The position numbers and the translations under genes are program-made. The notes below the pieces were generated by a model, which worked only from the letters and a program-made list of their open reading frames with translations, did no database searches and was not told the origin of the DNA. This document shows, in pieces, positions 8,510 to 16,729 of a stretch of 32,000 bases of DNA; the stretch's first letter is position 1; the number at the start of each line of letters is the position of its first letter. Location of the stretch: the NCBI RefSeq assembly GCF_016127575.1, contig NZ_CP066019.1, forward strand, positions 750,001-782,000, written 5' to 3'. This DNA is from Cupriavidus necator. Lineage in GTDB: Bacteria; Pseudomonadota; Gammaproteobacteria; Burkholderiales; Burkholderiaceae.

Positions 8510-9466
8510 ATGAGTGCCCACCAGTCCCTGACCCTGCGCGTCCACGCCATGCGCTATGAAGCGCGCGGCGTGGTCAGCATCGAACTGCAAGATCCCGAAG
8601 GGAAGACCCTGCCCGAGTACAGCCCGGGCGCCCATATCGACCTGCACCTGGGCAACGGCCTGGTGCGCAGCTACTCGCTGTGCGGCGCGCCCGAAGCGCG
8701 CCGGCGCTATACCGTGGGCGTGCTGCTGGACCGCGGCAGCCGCGGCGGTTCGCGCTACGTGCATGAGCAGCTGCGCGTGGGCGCCACGCTGACCGTGGGG
8801 GCGCCGCGCAACAACTTCGAGCTGGACGAAAGCGCCGCGCACACCGTGCTGGTCGCCGGCGGCATCGGCGTCACGCCGATCGTCTGCATGGCGCGCCGCC
8901 TGGCCGAGCTGGGCAGGTCGTTCACGCTGATCTACTGCGCCCGTTCGCGTGCCGAGGCCGCATTCGTCGAACAGCTGTCGGCCCATGGCGATGCCGTGCA
9001 CTTTCACTTCGACGACGAGGCCGGCGTGCCGCCGGACCTGAACGCGATGCTGGCCGGCCAGGAGGTGCAGACGCACTTCTACTGCTGCGGCCCCGGTCCG
9101 ATGCTGAAGGCGTTCGAGGCTGCCTGCGAAGCGCATGGCTACCCGAACGTGCATATCGAGCGCTTTGCCGCCGACCCCTCGACCGAGGCGGTGCAGGAGG
9201 GCGAGTACACCGTGTCGCTGTCGCGCACCGGCACCACCGTCAAGGTGCCGTCCGGCAAGTCGCTGCTGGACGCACTGCTCGATGCCGGCGTGCAGATGGA
9301 CTACAGCTGCCGCGAAGGCGTGTGCGGCTCGTGCGAGACCGCGGTGCTGGAAGGTTGCCCCGATCATCGCGACAGCGTGCTCAGCAACAGCGAGCGCGCC
9401 AGCAACAAGACCATGATGGTGTGCGTGTCGGGGTGCAAGGGCAGCAAGCTGGTGCTGGACTTGTAA
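8510..9466 (+). CDS. Phthalate-dioxygenase-reductase (PDR/VanB)-type oxidoreductase: flavin-binding, NAD-binding and C-terminal plant-type 2Fe-2S domains
   Basis: ATG at 8510 follows GAAGGAAG. RSYSL flavin motif, VAGGIGVTP NAD motif, CREGVCGSCE...MMVCVS cluster motif. 318 aa. Confidence 0.9.
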   Translation: MSAHQSLTLRVHAMRYEARGVVSIELQDPEGKTLPEYSPGAHIDLHLGNGLVRSYSLCGAPEARRRYTVGVLLDRGSRGGSRYVHEQLRVGATLTVGAPRNNFELDESAAHTVLVAGGIGVTPIVCMARRLAELGRSFTLIYCARSRAEAAFVEQLSAHGDAVHFHFDDEAGVPPDLNAMLAGQEVQTHFYCCGPGPMLKAFEAACEAHGYPNVHIERFAADPSTEAVQEGEYTVSLSRTGTTVKVPSGKSLLDALLDAGVQMDYSCREGVCGSCETAVLEGCPDHRDSVLSNSERASNKTMMVCVSGCKGSKLVLDL

Positions 9467-9483
9467 TTTCGCGATTGTGTTCT

Positions 9484-9521
9484 CCCCTCTCCCGCGCGCG
9501 GGAGAGGGGCGGGAGAGAGGG
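9484..9521. repeat. REP-like palindromic element, copy 1 (perfect 12-bp-arm hairpin plus a degenerate third arm)
   Basis: CCCCTCTCCCGC-GC-GCGGGAGAGGGG at 9484-9509, followed by GGGAGAGAGGGC. Starts 18 nt after the reductase stop. Confidence 0.8.
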
Positions 9522-9613
9522 CCAGCGCACGCCGTAGCCGATGCGCTGTCGAATCCCGACTGCCTCTTCCCAGGCCGCCGGGCAAGCCGCGGCATCTGCC
9601 GTTATCAAGTGCC

Positions 9614-9654
9614 TGCCCTCTCCCCCGGCCCCTCTCCCGCAAGCGGGAGAGGGG
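9614..9654. repeat. REP-like palindromic element, copy 2, inverted relative to copy 1
   Basis: GCCCTCTCCCCC-GG-CCCCTCTCCCGC-AA-GCGGGAGAGGGG. Its reverse complement aligns with copy 1 arm for arm. Confidence 0.8.
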
Positions 9655-9687
9655 AGCAACCCCCGAAGAATCAAACCGAGAAGCCCC

Positions 9688-11148
9688 GTGTTAACCCAGA
9701 GACAAGACGCAGCGTCCCCCGGCGCACCGGTGGCCGCCACCGCAGGTATCGTGACCACGGCCGACAGCGCCGGCCAGAGCGCGGCGGCGGCCCGCAGCGG
9801 CCCGCTCACGCGCGGCAATATCGTTGCCCGCATCGAGCGCATGCCGGGCAATGCCATGCATATCCGCGCCCGGCTGCTGATCGGCCTGGCCACCTTCTTC
9901 GATGGCTTCGACGTCATCGCCATCGCAGCCACGCTGCCGCTGCTGATCGCGCAGTGGTCGCTGACGCCGGGCCAGATCGGCGTGCTGATCGCTGCGCCTT
10001 CGGTCGGCCAGCTGGTCGGCGCGCTGCTGTTCCCGGGGCTGGCCGAGCGCTTCGGCCGGCTGCGCTCGATCGGCTGGAGCGCGGGCATCATCGGCCTGAT
10101 GAGCATTGCCTGCGGCTTCGCGCCGTCGTTCGAGATCTTCTTGCTGCTGCGCATCGTGCAGGGCCTCGGCCTTGGCGGTGAGCTGCCGGTGGCCGCCACC
10201 TATATCAACGAAGTCACGCGCGCGCATGGCCGTGGGCGCTTCGTGCTGCTGTACGAGGTGGTGTTCCCGATCGGCCTGATGGTGTCCAACGGCGTTGGCG
10301 CCTGGCTGGTGCCGCACTACGGCTGGGAGGTGATGTACTTCATCGGCGGCGTGCCGCTGGTGCTGTTCTTCATCCTGCGCCGCGTGATCCCGGAATCGCC
10401 ACGCTGGCTGGCGGAGAAAGGCCGTCTTGAAGAAGCCGATGCCGCACTGCGTGCGTTCGAGGCGCGCGCCAAGGATCCGCTGCCGCCGCCGGTCAATGCC
10501 GGCAGCTACGACCGCATGACCCAGCACCCGCGCCGGCGCGTGCGTGACCTGGTCAGCAAGGCCTACCTCGGCCGCACGCTGGCGGTATGGATGCTGTGGG
10601 CAACCTGCGGCTTTATCCAGTACGGGCTGTCGACGTGGCTGCCCACGGTCTACAAGACCGTCTACCACGCGCCGCTGCAGCTGGCGCTGAACCTTGCCGC
10701 CGGCGCCTCGGTGCTGGGCGTGGTCGGCTCGCTGGTGTGCGCGATGATTGTCGACAAGGTGGGCCGCAAGCCGGTGATCAACGTGTCGTTCCTGCTGTGC
10801 GCGCTGTCGCTGGTGCTGGCGGGGGTGTTCCACGCTTCGAACGTGTATGTGGTAGCGACCTTCTGCGCGCTGGCGATGGGCTTCCTGGCCAGCGGCTTTA
10901 TCACCGCCTATGTTTACACGCCCGAGTTGTACCCGACCAGCGTCCGCGCGATGGGCTGCGGCCTGGGCGGCGCCTGGCTGAAGCTGGCGGCGATCTTCGC
11001 GCCTGGCCTGATCGCCAGCACCATTGGCAGCGGCAACCTCAGCGTCGCCTTCTTCGCGCTGTCCGTGGTGCCGGCGCTGGCGGCTGTCACCGTGCATTTC
11101 CTTGGCATCGAGACCAAGGGGCGGGTGCTGGAAGAACTGGAGGTCTGA
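9688..11148 (+). CDS. MFS transporter (sugar-porter / metabolite:H+ symporter-like)
   Basis: Multiple TM segments. ERFGR loop motif, PESPRWL after TM6, ETKGRVLEELE at the C-terminus. The conserved N-terminal IVARIERMP segment lies upstream of ATG 9841, so I prefer GTG 9688, just downstream of the REP pair. The start is uncertain. The 9541 start would read through the REP. Confidence 0.8.
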   Translation: MLTQRQDAASPGAPVAATAGIVTTADSAGQSAAAARSGPLTRGNIVARIERMPGNAMHIRARLLIGLATFFDGFDVIAIAATLPLLIAQWSLTPGQIGVLIAAPSVGQLVGALLFPGLAERFGRLRSIGWSAGIIGLMSIACGFAPSFEIFLLLRIVQGLGLGGELPVAATYINEVTRAHGRGRFVLLYEVVFPIGLMVSNGVGAWLVPHYGWEVMYFIGGVPLVLFFILRRVIPESPRWLAEKGRLEEADAALRAFEARAKDPLPPPVNAGSYDRMTQHPRRRVRDLVSKAYLGRTLAVWMLWATCGFIQYGLSTWLPTVYKTVYHAPLQLALNLAAGASVLGVVGSLVCAMIVDKVGRKPVINVSFLLCALSLVLAGVFHASNVYVVATFCALAMGFLASGFITAYVYTPELYPTSVRAMGCGLGGAWLKLAAIFAPGLIASTIGSGNLSVAFFALSVVPALAAVTVHFLGIETKGRVLEELEV

Positions 11149-11176
11149 ACGGGCGTGCTGGTCCCGTTCCCTTCGG

Positions 11177-11207
11177 GCCGCCCCGCAATCCGGGTGCGGC
11201 ACTTTTT
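11177..11207 (+). terminator. Intrinsic terminator after the MFS gene
   Basis: 9-bp GC stem with one bulge (GCCGCCCCG / CGGGTGCGGC), loop CAATC, followed by ACTTTTT. Confidence 0.55.
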
Positions 11208-11209
11208 CT

Positions 11210-11728
11210 TTATTCCTGCGTGCGCAACAGCTTGCGCAGCCCCTGGTAAACCGCTTCCCGCTCCTCCGGCGACAACTGCCGGATCACCTGCGCCTGCCCC
11301 CGCCGCGCCAGCGGCATCACCTGGTCGTGCAGCGCGGCACCGGCTTCACTGATCGCGCAGATCAGCTTCTTGCGCGGCGTGTTGCCGGCTGAGGTCAGCC
11401 GCACCAATCCCCGATCCTCCAGCAGCCGCAGCGTGCGGCTCACCAGCGCCTTGTCCGAGGTCGACTGGGTCACCAGCTCGGCAAACGGCAGTTCGCGCGC
11501 GTGCGCCAGCAGCGCCAGGATGCGCCACTCCGGCACGGTCAGGCCGAACTGTTCCGCATAGGGCTTGGTCACCGTGCTGCGCAGCGCGGTGACCAGCTGG
11601 CTCAGCATCGTGGTCAGGAAATTGTCGACGGTCAGGCCGCTGCCGGCCTCGTCGAGGTCGGTCCACGGGCTGGTGTTGTCGGTGTCTGGCGCGGGCTGGC
11701 CGTTGGCGGGCGCGGCGTCACGGGGCAT
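11210..11728 (-). CDS. MarR-family transcriptional regulator, 172 aa
   Basis: wHTH region LTVPEWRILALLAHARELPFAELVTQSTSDKALVSRTLRLLEDRGLV. Divergent from the Bug/molybdenum hydroxylase operon. Confidence 0.9.
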   Translation of the reverse strand: MPRDAAPANGQPAPDTDNTSPWTDLDEAGSGLTVDNFLTTMLSQLVTALRSTVTKPYAEQFGLTVPEWRILALLAHARELPFAELVTQSTSDKALVSRTLRLLEDRGLVRLTSAGNTPRKKLICAISEAGAALHDQVMPLARRGQAQVIRQLSPEEREAVYQGLRKLLRTQE

Positions 11729-12050
11729 GCGTTCCTCTTGGTCAGGGTCTGCCGGCCGCGGAGTTCGGGCCGGTTGGCGGGCCCGATTGTCTCACAGGCG
11801 CTCGCCAATTCCGCCACCGGGTGTCGCTTTCGTGTCATGCAAGAGAATTAAGCAAACTAAATCATGTCAATAGGTATTTAACGTAAGTTGAGTTGTCAAT
11901 ATTGGCGACATAGGATTATCAATGTTCCTGGTGTGAACGTACGTTTTACTAATAAAACAACCGAAAGTGTTGTAACCCGAGCCAACCCTGTTTTCGCGGT
12001 GCGCACAACAGCCCACTCCAACCGCGAATGCGCCCCCACAGGAGCTGTTG
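11729..12050. promoter_or_regulatory. Divergent MarR / Bug-operon control region with an AT-rich core and repeated motifs
   Basis: Marked GC drop at about 11835-11970. AACGTAAGTT (11880-11889) and the perfect palindrome AACGTACGTT (11936-11945). TGTCAATATTGGCGACA (11894-11910). TCAAT occurs three times (11867, 11896, 11918). AGGAG RBS at 12040-12044. Confidence 0.5.
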
Positions 12051-13043
12051 ATGAGACACGAACGCCCCCGCCGCCTTTTCCTTGCAGCCACTGCCATGGC
12101 CGCGCTTGCGCTTGCCGCGGGCAGCGCGCTGGCCACCGCCGCGTATCCGGCCAAGACCGTGACCATGGTCGTGGCCTATCCGCCTGGCGGCGACACCGAC
12201 GCCATGGCCCGGCTCTATGCCGACAAGCTGTCGGCGCGCCTGAAGCAGCCGGTCATCGTCGAGAACCGCCCCGGTGCCGGCGGCGTGGTCGGCGCCAGCT
12301 TCGTCAGCCGCGCGCCGGCGGACGGCTACACGCTGCTGTACACGCCCAACCCTTTCACGCTGGCGCCGATGGTGCTCAAGCTGGCGCCGTCGGCCAGCTA
12401 TGACCCGCTGCACGGCTTCACCCCCGTGATCCAGACCGCGGTGCAGGCGGTGCTGCTGGTGGCCAACCCGCAGGCCGGCATCAAGACCGTCGGCGAGATG
12501 ATTGCCGTGGCCAGGGGCGGCAAGACGCTGACCTATGGCAGCCCGGGCGCGGGTTCGCCGATGCACATCGCCGGCGAGATGCTCAACCGCGCCGCGGGCG
12601 TGAAGATCCAGCACGTGCCGTACAAGGGCGTGGCGCCGGCGGTCAACGACGTGGTGGCGGGGCACGTGAACTTTGCCTACGTCACGCTGGGTCCGGTGGC
12701 GCAGTACATCAACACCGGCCGGCTGATCCCGCTGGCGATCACGGACGCAAAGCGCTCGCCGCTGCTGCCCAACGTGCCGACGCTGGCCGAGCTCGGCTAC
12801 AAGGACGTGGTGGTCGGCGCCTGGCATGGCGTGATGGCGCCCAAGGGCACGCCGCCCGAGGTGGTCAAGGTGCTGAACCAGCAGCTCAACGACGTGCTGC
12901 GCCTGCCGGACGTGACCGAGAAGATGGCCACCTTCGGCGCCAGCCCGGTGGGCGGCGCCCCGGCCGCGCTGGAAAAGGTCAACGCGGCCGACTACGAGCG
13001 GCTGGGCAAGGTGATCCGCGACCTCGCGATCACGGCGGAATGA
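12051..13043 (+). CDS. Bug-family (TctC-like) periplasmic solute-binding receptor of tripartite tricarboxylate transporters
   Basis: Signal peptide with RRLFLAATAMAALALAAGSALA. Family motifs YPPGGDTD, ENRPGAGG, SPGAGSPMHIAGE, VPYKG. 330 aa. Confidence 0.9.
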   Translation: MRHERPRRLFLAATAMAALALAAGSALATAAYPAKTVTMVVAYPPGGDTDAMARLYADKLSARLKQPVIVENRPGAGGVVGASFVSRAPADGYTLLYTPNPFTLAPMVLKLAPSASYDPLHGFTPVIQTAVQAVLLVANPQAGIKTVGEMIAVARGGKTLTYGSPGAGSPMHIAGEMLNRAAGVKIQHVPYKGVAPAVNDVVAGHVNFAYVTLGPVAQYINTGRLIPLAITDAKRSPLLPNVPTLAELGYKDVVVGAWHGVMAPKGTPPEVVKVLNQQLNDVLRLPDVTEKMATFGASPVGGAPAALEKVNAADYERLGKVIRDLAITAE

Positions 13044-13092
13044 CGCAGGGCAGCGCATCGCGTTCATGCAACCAGACAAGCAGGAGGCCGGC

Positions 13093-15384
13093 ATGAGCAA
13101 GGCCATCGTGGGAAGCTCCACGCCGCAGGTGACCGCGCGGGAAAAGGTCATGGGGCGCGCGCAGTATGCCGGCGACATCAAGTTGCCCGGCATGCTGCAT
13201 GCCAAGGTGCTGCGCAGCCCACACCCGCATGCGCGCATCGTGCGCATCGACACCTCCGCGGCGAAGGCGCTGCCCGGCGTCAAGCTGGTGGTGACCGGGC
13301 ACGATGTGCCCGCCCGCAACTGGGGCCCGCACCGCAAGGAGCAGCGCATCCTGGCCTGCGGCGTGGTGCGCCACGTCGGCGAGGAAGTGGCCGCGGTGGT
13401 GGCGGTCAGCGAGGAGATCGCGCGTGATGCGCTGGACCTGGTCCGCATCGAGTACGAGGCGCTGCCCGCGCTGCTGACGCCGGAAGCGGCGCTGGCCGAT
13501 GGCGCGCCCGAGATCCATGCCGGCACGCGCAATATCGGCCATGAGATGCACATCGTGCGGGGCGACGTGGATGCCGCGTTCGAAGCCTGCGCCGCAGTGT
13601 ATGAGGCCACCTACGACATGCACTCGCAGTACCCGGGCTACCTTGAGCCGATGGCCTCGGTGGCGGCGCAGGACGGCAACGGGCGGCTCACGCTGTGGGC
13701 CTCGACCCAGTCCGTGTTCCTGGCGCGCGCGCGGCTGGCCGAGGCGCTGGACCGGCCGGTCTCGACCATCCGCGTGGTGCAGGCGACCACCGGCGGCGGC
13801 TTCGGCGCCAAGATCGTCGAGGAGAACAACAGCCTGATCTGCGCCTTCCTGGCCAGCCGGCTGGAGCGCCCGGTGCGGCTGGTCAACAACCGGCTGGAAG
13901 ACTTCCAGGGCGCGCGCGCCAGCGTGCCGATGAAAGTGTGGCTGCGCATGGGGCTGTCCGCAGACGGCGTGATCCTGGCCAAGGATGTGCGCATCGCGGC
14001 CGAATGCGGCGCCTACTCCGGGCTTGCCGGTGATGTGATGCACGTCACCGCCATGCGCAGCGACAACATGCACCGCGTGCAGAACGTGCGCTCGCATGCG
14101 GTCATGGCCTATACCAACAACCCGCCGCGCGGCGCCTTCCGCGGCTTTGGCGGGCAGCAGATGCAGTTTCCGCTGAACTGCCACCTGACCGTGCTGGCCG
14201 GCATGCTCGGCATGGACCCGGTGGAGGTGCACAAGCGCAATGCGATCGGCGCGGGCGAGACCAGCGTGCATGGCTGGAAGATCAGCAGCACCGGCATGGC
14301 CGAGTGCCTGGAAATGACCCGCAAGGCCATCGGCTGGGACGAGAAGCGCGCCGCGCCGCGCGGCACCGGCACGCGCCGGCGCGGCGTGGGCATTGCCGCG
14401 GCCATGCACGTCAGCGGCAACCGCACGCTGGGCAACTGGGACGGCTCGACCATCCTGCTCAAGATCAACGAGGACGGGCGCGCGATGCTGCAGACCAGCG
14501 AGTGCGACATGGGGCAGGGCGCCAACACCATGCTCAGCCAGATCTGCGCGCAGGAGCTCGGCATCCCGCTGTCGCACGTGACCGTGATGGCGCCGGATAC
14601 CGATACCGCGCCGTTCTGCCTGGGCTCGCTGGCGTCGCGCGTGACCATCATCGCCGGCAATGCGTTGCTGCGTGCCGCGCGCGAGGCGCGCCAGAAACTG
14701 CTGGCACTCGCGGCGGAGAAGCTTGGCGTGGACGCGGAACAACTGGCGATTGCCGATGGCCGCATCGCCGCGCCGGGCCAGCCCGACAAGTCCGCCACGC
14801 TGGCGGAGATCGCGCGGCTGCATATCTTCCGCCACGGCGGCGAGGGCATCCACGTGCGCGCCACCTATGACGCGCCCACGGTGATGCACGACGCCGACTA
14901 CTACGGCAACGTCGCGCCCGCGCACTCCTTCGCGGCACAGGCGGTGGAAGTGGAAGTCGACACCAGCACCGGCCAGGTCACCGTGATCGACAGCTTTGTC
15001 GCCGACGACTGCGGCAAGGCCATCAACCCGCTCGCCGTGCACGGCCAGACCCACGGCGCGACCGTGCAGGCGATCGGCTGGACCCTGTACGAGAACCTGC
15101 AATACGAGGATGGCCGCCTGATGAACGGCAACTTTGCCGACTACACCATGCCGACCGCCGACGCGGTGCCGATGCTGCGCACCGACGTGGTGGAATCGAA
15201 CGACCCCAACGGCCCCTATGGCGCCAAGGGCGCCAGCGAAACCGCGATCCTGCCGGGCGCGGCGGCGATCGCCAATGCCGTCTTCGACGCCGTGGGCGTG
15301 CGCATCCAGTCGCTGCCGATCACGCCGGAGAAGGTGCTGGCGGGCCTGCGCGAACTGAAGCAGAAGGAGGCCGTCCATGCGTGA
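13093..15384 (+). CDS. Molybdopterin-binding large subunit of a xanthine-dehydrogenase-family molybdenum hydroxylase
   Basis: AGGAGG lies 5 nt before ATG 13093. GAFRGFGGQQ motif and C-terminal GAKGASETA (catalytic Glu region). About 763 aa. The CODH-specific active-site loop is absent. Confidence 0.9.
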   Translation: MSKAIVGSSTPQVTAREKVMGRAQYAGDIKLPGMLHAKVLRSPHPHARIVRIDTSAAKALPGVKLVVTGHDVPARNWGPHRKEQRILACGVVRHVGEEVAAVVAVSEEIARDALDLVRIEYEALPALLTPEAALADGAPEIHAGTRNIGHEMHIVRGDVDAAFEACAAVYEATYDMHSQYPGYLEPMASVAAQDGNGRLTLWASTQSVFLARARLAEALDRPVSTIRVVQATTGGGFGAKIVEENNSLICAFLASRLERPVRLVNNRLEDFQGARASVPMKVWLRMGLSADGVILAKDVRIAAECGAYSGLAGDVMHVTAMRSDNMHRVQNVRSHAVMAYTNNPPRGAFRGFGGQQMQFPLNCHLTVLAGMLGMDPVEVHKRNAIGAGETSVHGWKISSTGMAECLEMTRKAIGWDEKRAAPRGTGTRRRGVGIAAAMHVSGNRTLGNWDGSTILLKINEDGRAMLQTSECDMGQGANTMLSQICAQELGIPLSHVTVMAPDTDTAPFCLGSLASRVTIIAGNALLRAAREARQKLLALAAEKLGVDAEQLAIADGRIAAPGQPDKSATLAEIARLHIFRHGGEGIHVRATYDAPTVMHDADYYGNVAPAHSFAAQAVEVEVDTSTGQVTVIDSFVADDCGKAINPLAVHGQTHGATVQAIGWTLYENLQYEDGRLMNGNFADYTMPTADAVPMLRTDVVESNDPNGPYGAKGASETAILPGAAAIANAVFDAVGVRIQSLPITPEKVLAGLRELKQKEAVHA

Positions 15385-16243
15385 CTTTGCCTTCCTTGAG
15401 CCGGCCACCGTGGCCGAGGCCAGCCAGATGCTGGCCGAGCTGGGCGACAGTTGCCGCATCCTTGCCGGCGGCACCGCGCTGATGCTCGGCATGCGCCAGC
15501 GCATGCTGACGCCTGGCCACCTGGTCTCGCTGGGCCGGCTCAAGGCGCTGCGCGGCATCACCTTCGATGCGCGCGAGGGCCTGCGCATCGGCGCGCTGAC
15601 GCTGCATGCCGAGGTAGCGCGCTCGCCGCTGGTGCAGGCGCACTACCCGATGCTGGCCAGCATGGCCTCGCGCGTGGCCAATCCGCAGGTGCGCAACCAG
15701 GGCACCATCGGCGGCAACCTCTGCTATGCCGACCCCGCCACCGATCCGCCCGGCTGCCTGATGGCGCTGGGCGCGCGGATCGTGGTCAGCGGCCGAGGCG
15801 GCGAGCGCGAGATCGATATCGAGGACTTCCTGGTCGACTACTACGTCACGGCACTGGCGCCGGACGAGATCGTCACGCAGATCCGCGTGCCGGCGCCGGG
15901 TGCCGGCGCCGATGGCCGCTATGCGCGTTTCCTGCGCACCGCCGCCGAGCACCGGCCGCTCGCCAGCGTGGCACTGGCGGTGCGGCGCGAGGGCGCGTTC
16001 TGCGTCGAGGCGCGGCTGGCGGTGGGCGCGTCCACGCCGATCCCGGCCCGGCTGCGCCGCGCCGAAGCGCTGCTGGCCGGCAAGGCCGTCACCGCGGAAC
16101 TAGCCGAGGAGACGGCCGCCATTGTCGCCGCGGACATCAACGCGGTCTCGGACATGCGCGGGTCCGAAAGCTACCGGCGCGAGATGGTGCGGGTAGTCGC
16201 GCGCCGCACCATTGCCGAGCTGTTCGGCGTGGCATCGGAGTAA
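15377..16243 (+). CDS. FAD-binding medium subunit of the molybdenum hydroxylase (CoxM/XdhB-like)
   Basis: 288 aa. AGGTALM FAD motif and a CO-dehydrogenase-flavoprotein-type C-terminal domain. Start overlaps the large-subunit stop (ATGCGTGA). Confidence 0.9.
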   Translation: MRDFAFLEPATVAEASQMLAELGDSCRILAGGTALMLGMRQRMLTPGHLVSLGRLKALRGITFDAREGLRIGALTLHAEVARSPLVQAHYPMLASMASRVANPQVRNQGTIGGNLCYADPATDPPGCLMALGARIVVSGRGGEREIDIEDFLVDYYVTALAPDEIVTQIRVPAPGAGADGRYARFLRTAAEHRPLASVALAVRREGAFCVEARLAVGASTPIPARLRRAEALLAGKAVTAELAEETAAIVAADINAVSDMRGSESYRREMVRVVARRTIAELFGVASE

Positions 16244-16252
16244 GGAATCCCC

Positions 16253-16729
16253 ATGAACCAAGTCAGCATCGAACTCACCGTCAACGGCGAGGAACACCAG
16301 GTGGAGGTGCCGGCGCGGCGCCTGCTGTCCGACCTGCTGCGCGACGACCTGAACCTGACCGGCACCAAGCGTGGCTGCGAGACCGGCATCTGCGGCGCCT
16401 GCTCCGTGCTGGTCGACGGCGAGGTGGTCAAGTCCTGCCTGATGCTCGCCGTGCAGGCGCGCGGGCGCCATGTGATGACGGTGGAGGGGCTGGCCGCCGA
16501 CGGCCAGCTGCATCCGCTGCAGCAGTGCTTCATGGACAACGGCGGGCTGCAGTGCGGCTATTGCACGCCGGGCTTCCTGATGGCCTCGTGCGCGCTGCTT
16601 GCCAATAACCCCAACCCGACCGAAGACGAAGTCCGGCACGGCCTGAACGGCAACCTGTGCCGCTGCACCGGCTATGTCGGCATCGTTGAATCGGTCCTGT
16701 CCGCCGCGGAGAAAATGCGTGGAAATTGA
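16253..16729 (+). CDS. [2Fe-2S]-binding small subunit of the molybdenum hydroxylase (CoxS-like)
   Basis: 158 aa. Two cluster motifs: GCETGICGACSV...C and CGYCTPGF...CRCTGY. Confidence 0.93.
   Translation: MNQVSIELTVNGEEHQVEVPARRLLSDLLRDDLNLTGTKRGCETGICGACSVLVDGEVVKSCLMLAVQARGRHVMTVEGLAADGQLHPLQQCFMDNGGLQCGYCTPGFLMASCALLANNPNPTEDEVRHGLNGNLCRCTGYVGIVESVLSAAEKMRGN

Noticed and set aside
9541-9687. Longer MFS start at 9541 from the ORF track
   Set aside because: That extension translates straight through the REP palindrome (…PAPLPQAGEGSNP…). It is almost certainly non-coding.
13030-15588. 852-aa minus-strand ORF antisense to the molybdenum hydroxylase large subunit. The same applies to 5962-7509, 9691-11202, 11949-13610 and 27197-29173 on the minus strand, and to 19716-21329 and 22412-24688 on the plus strand.
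   Set aside because: Same reasoning: shadow ORFs opposite well-supported genes, biased composition, and no RBS or domain signature.
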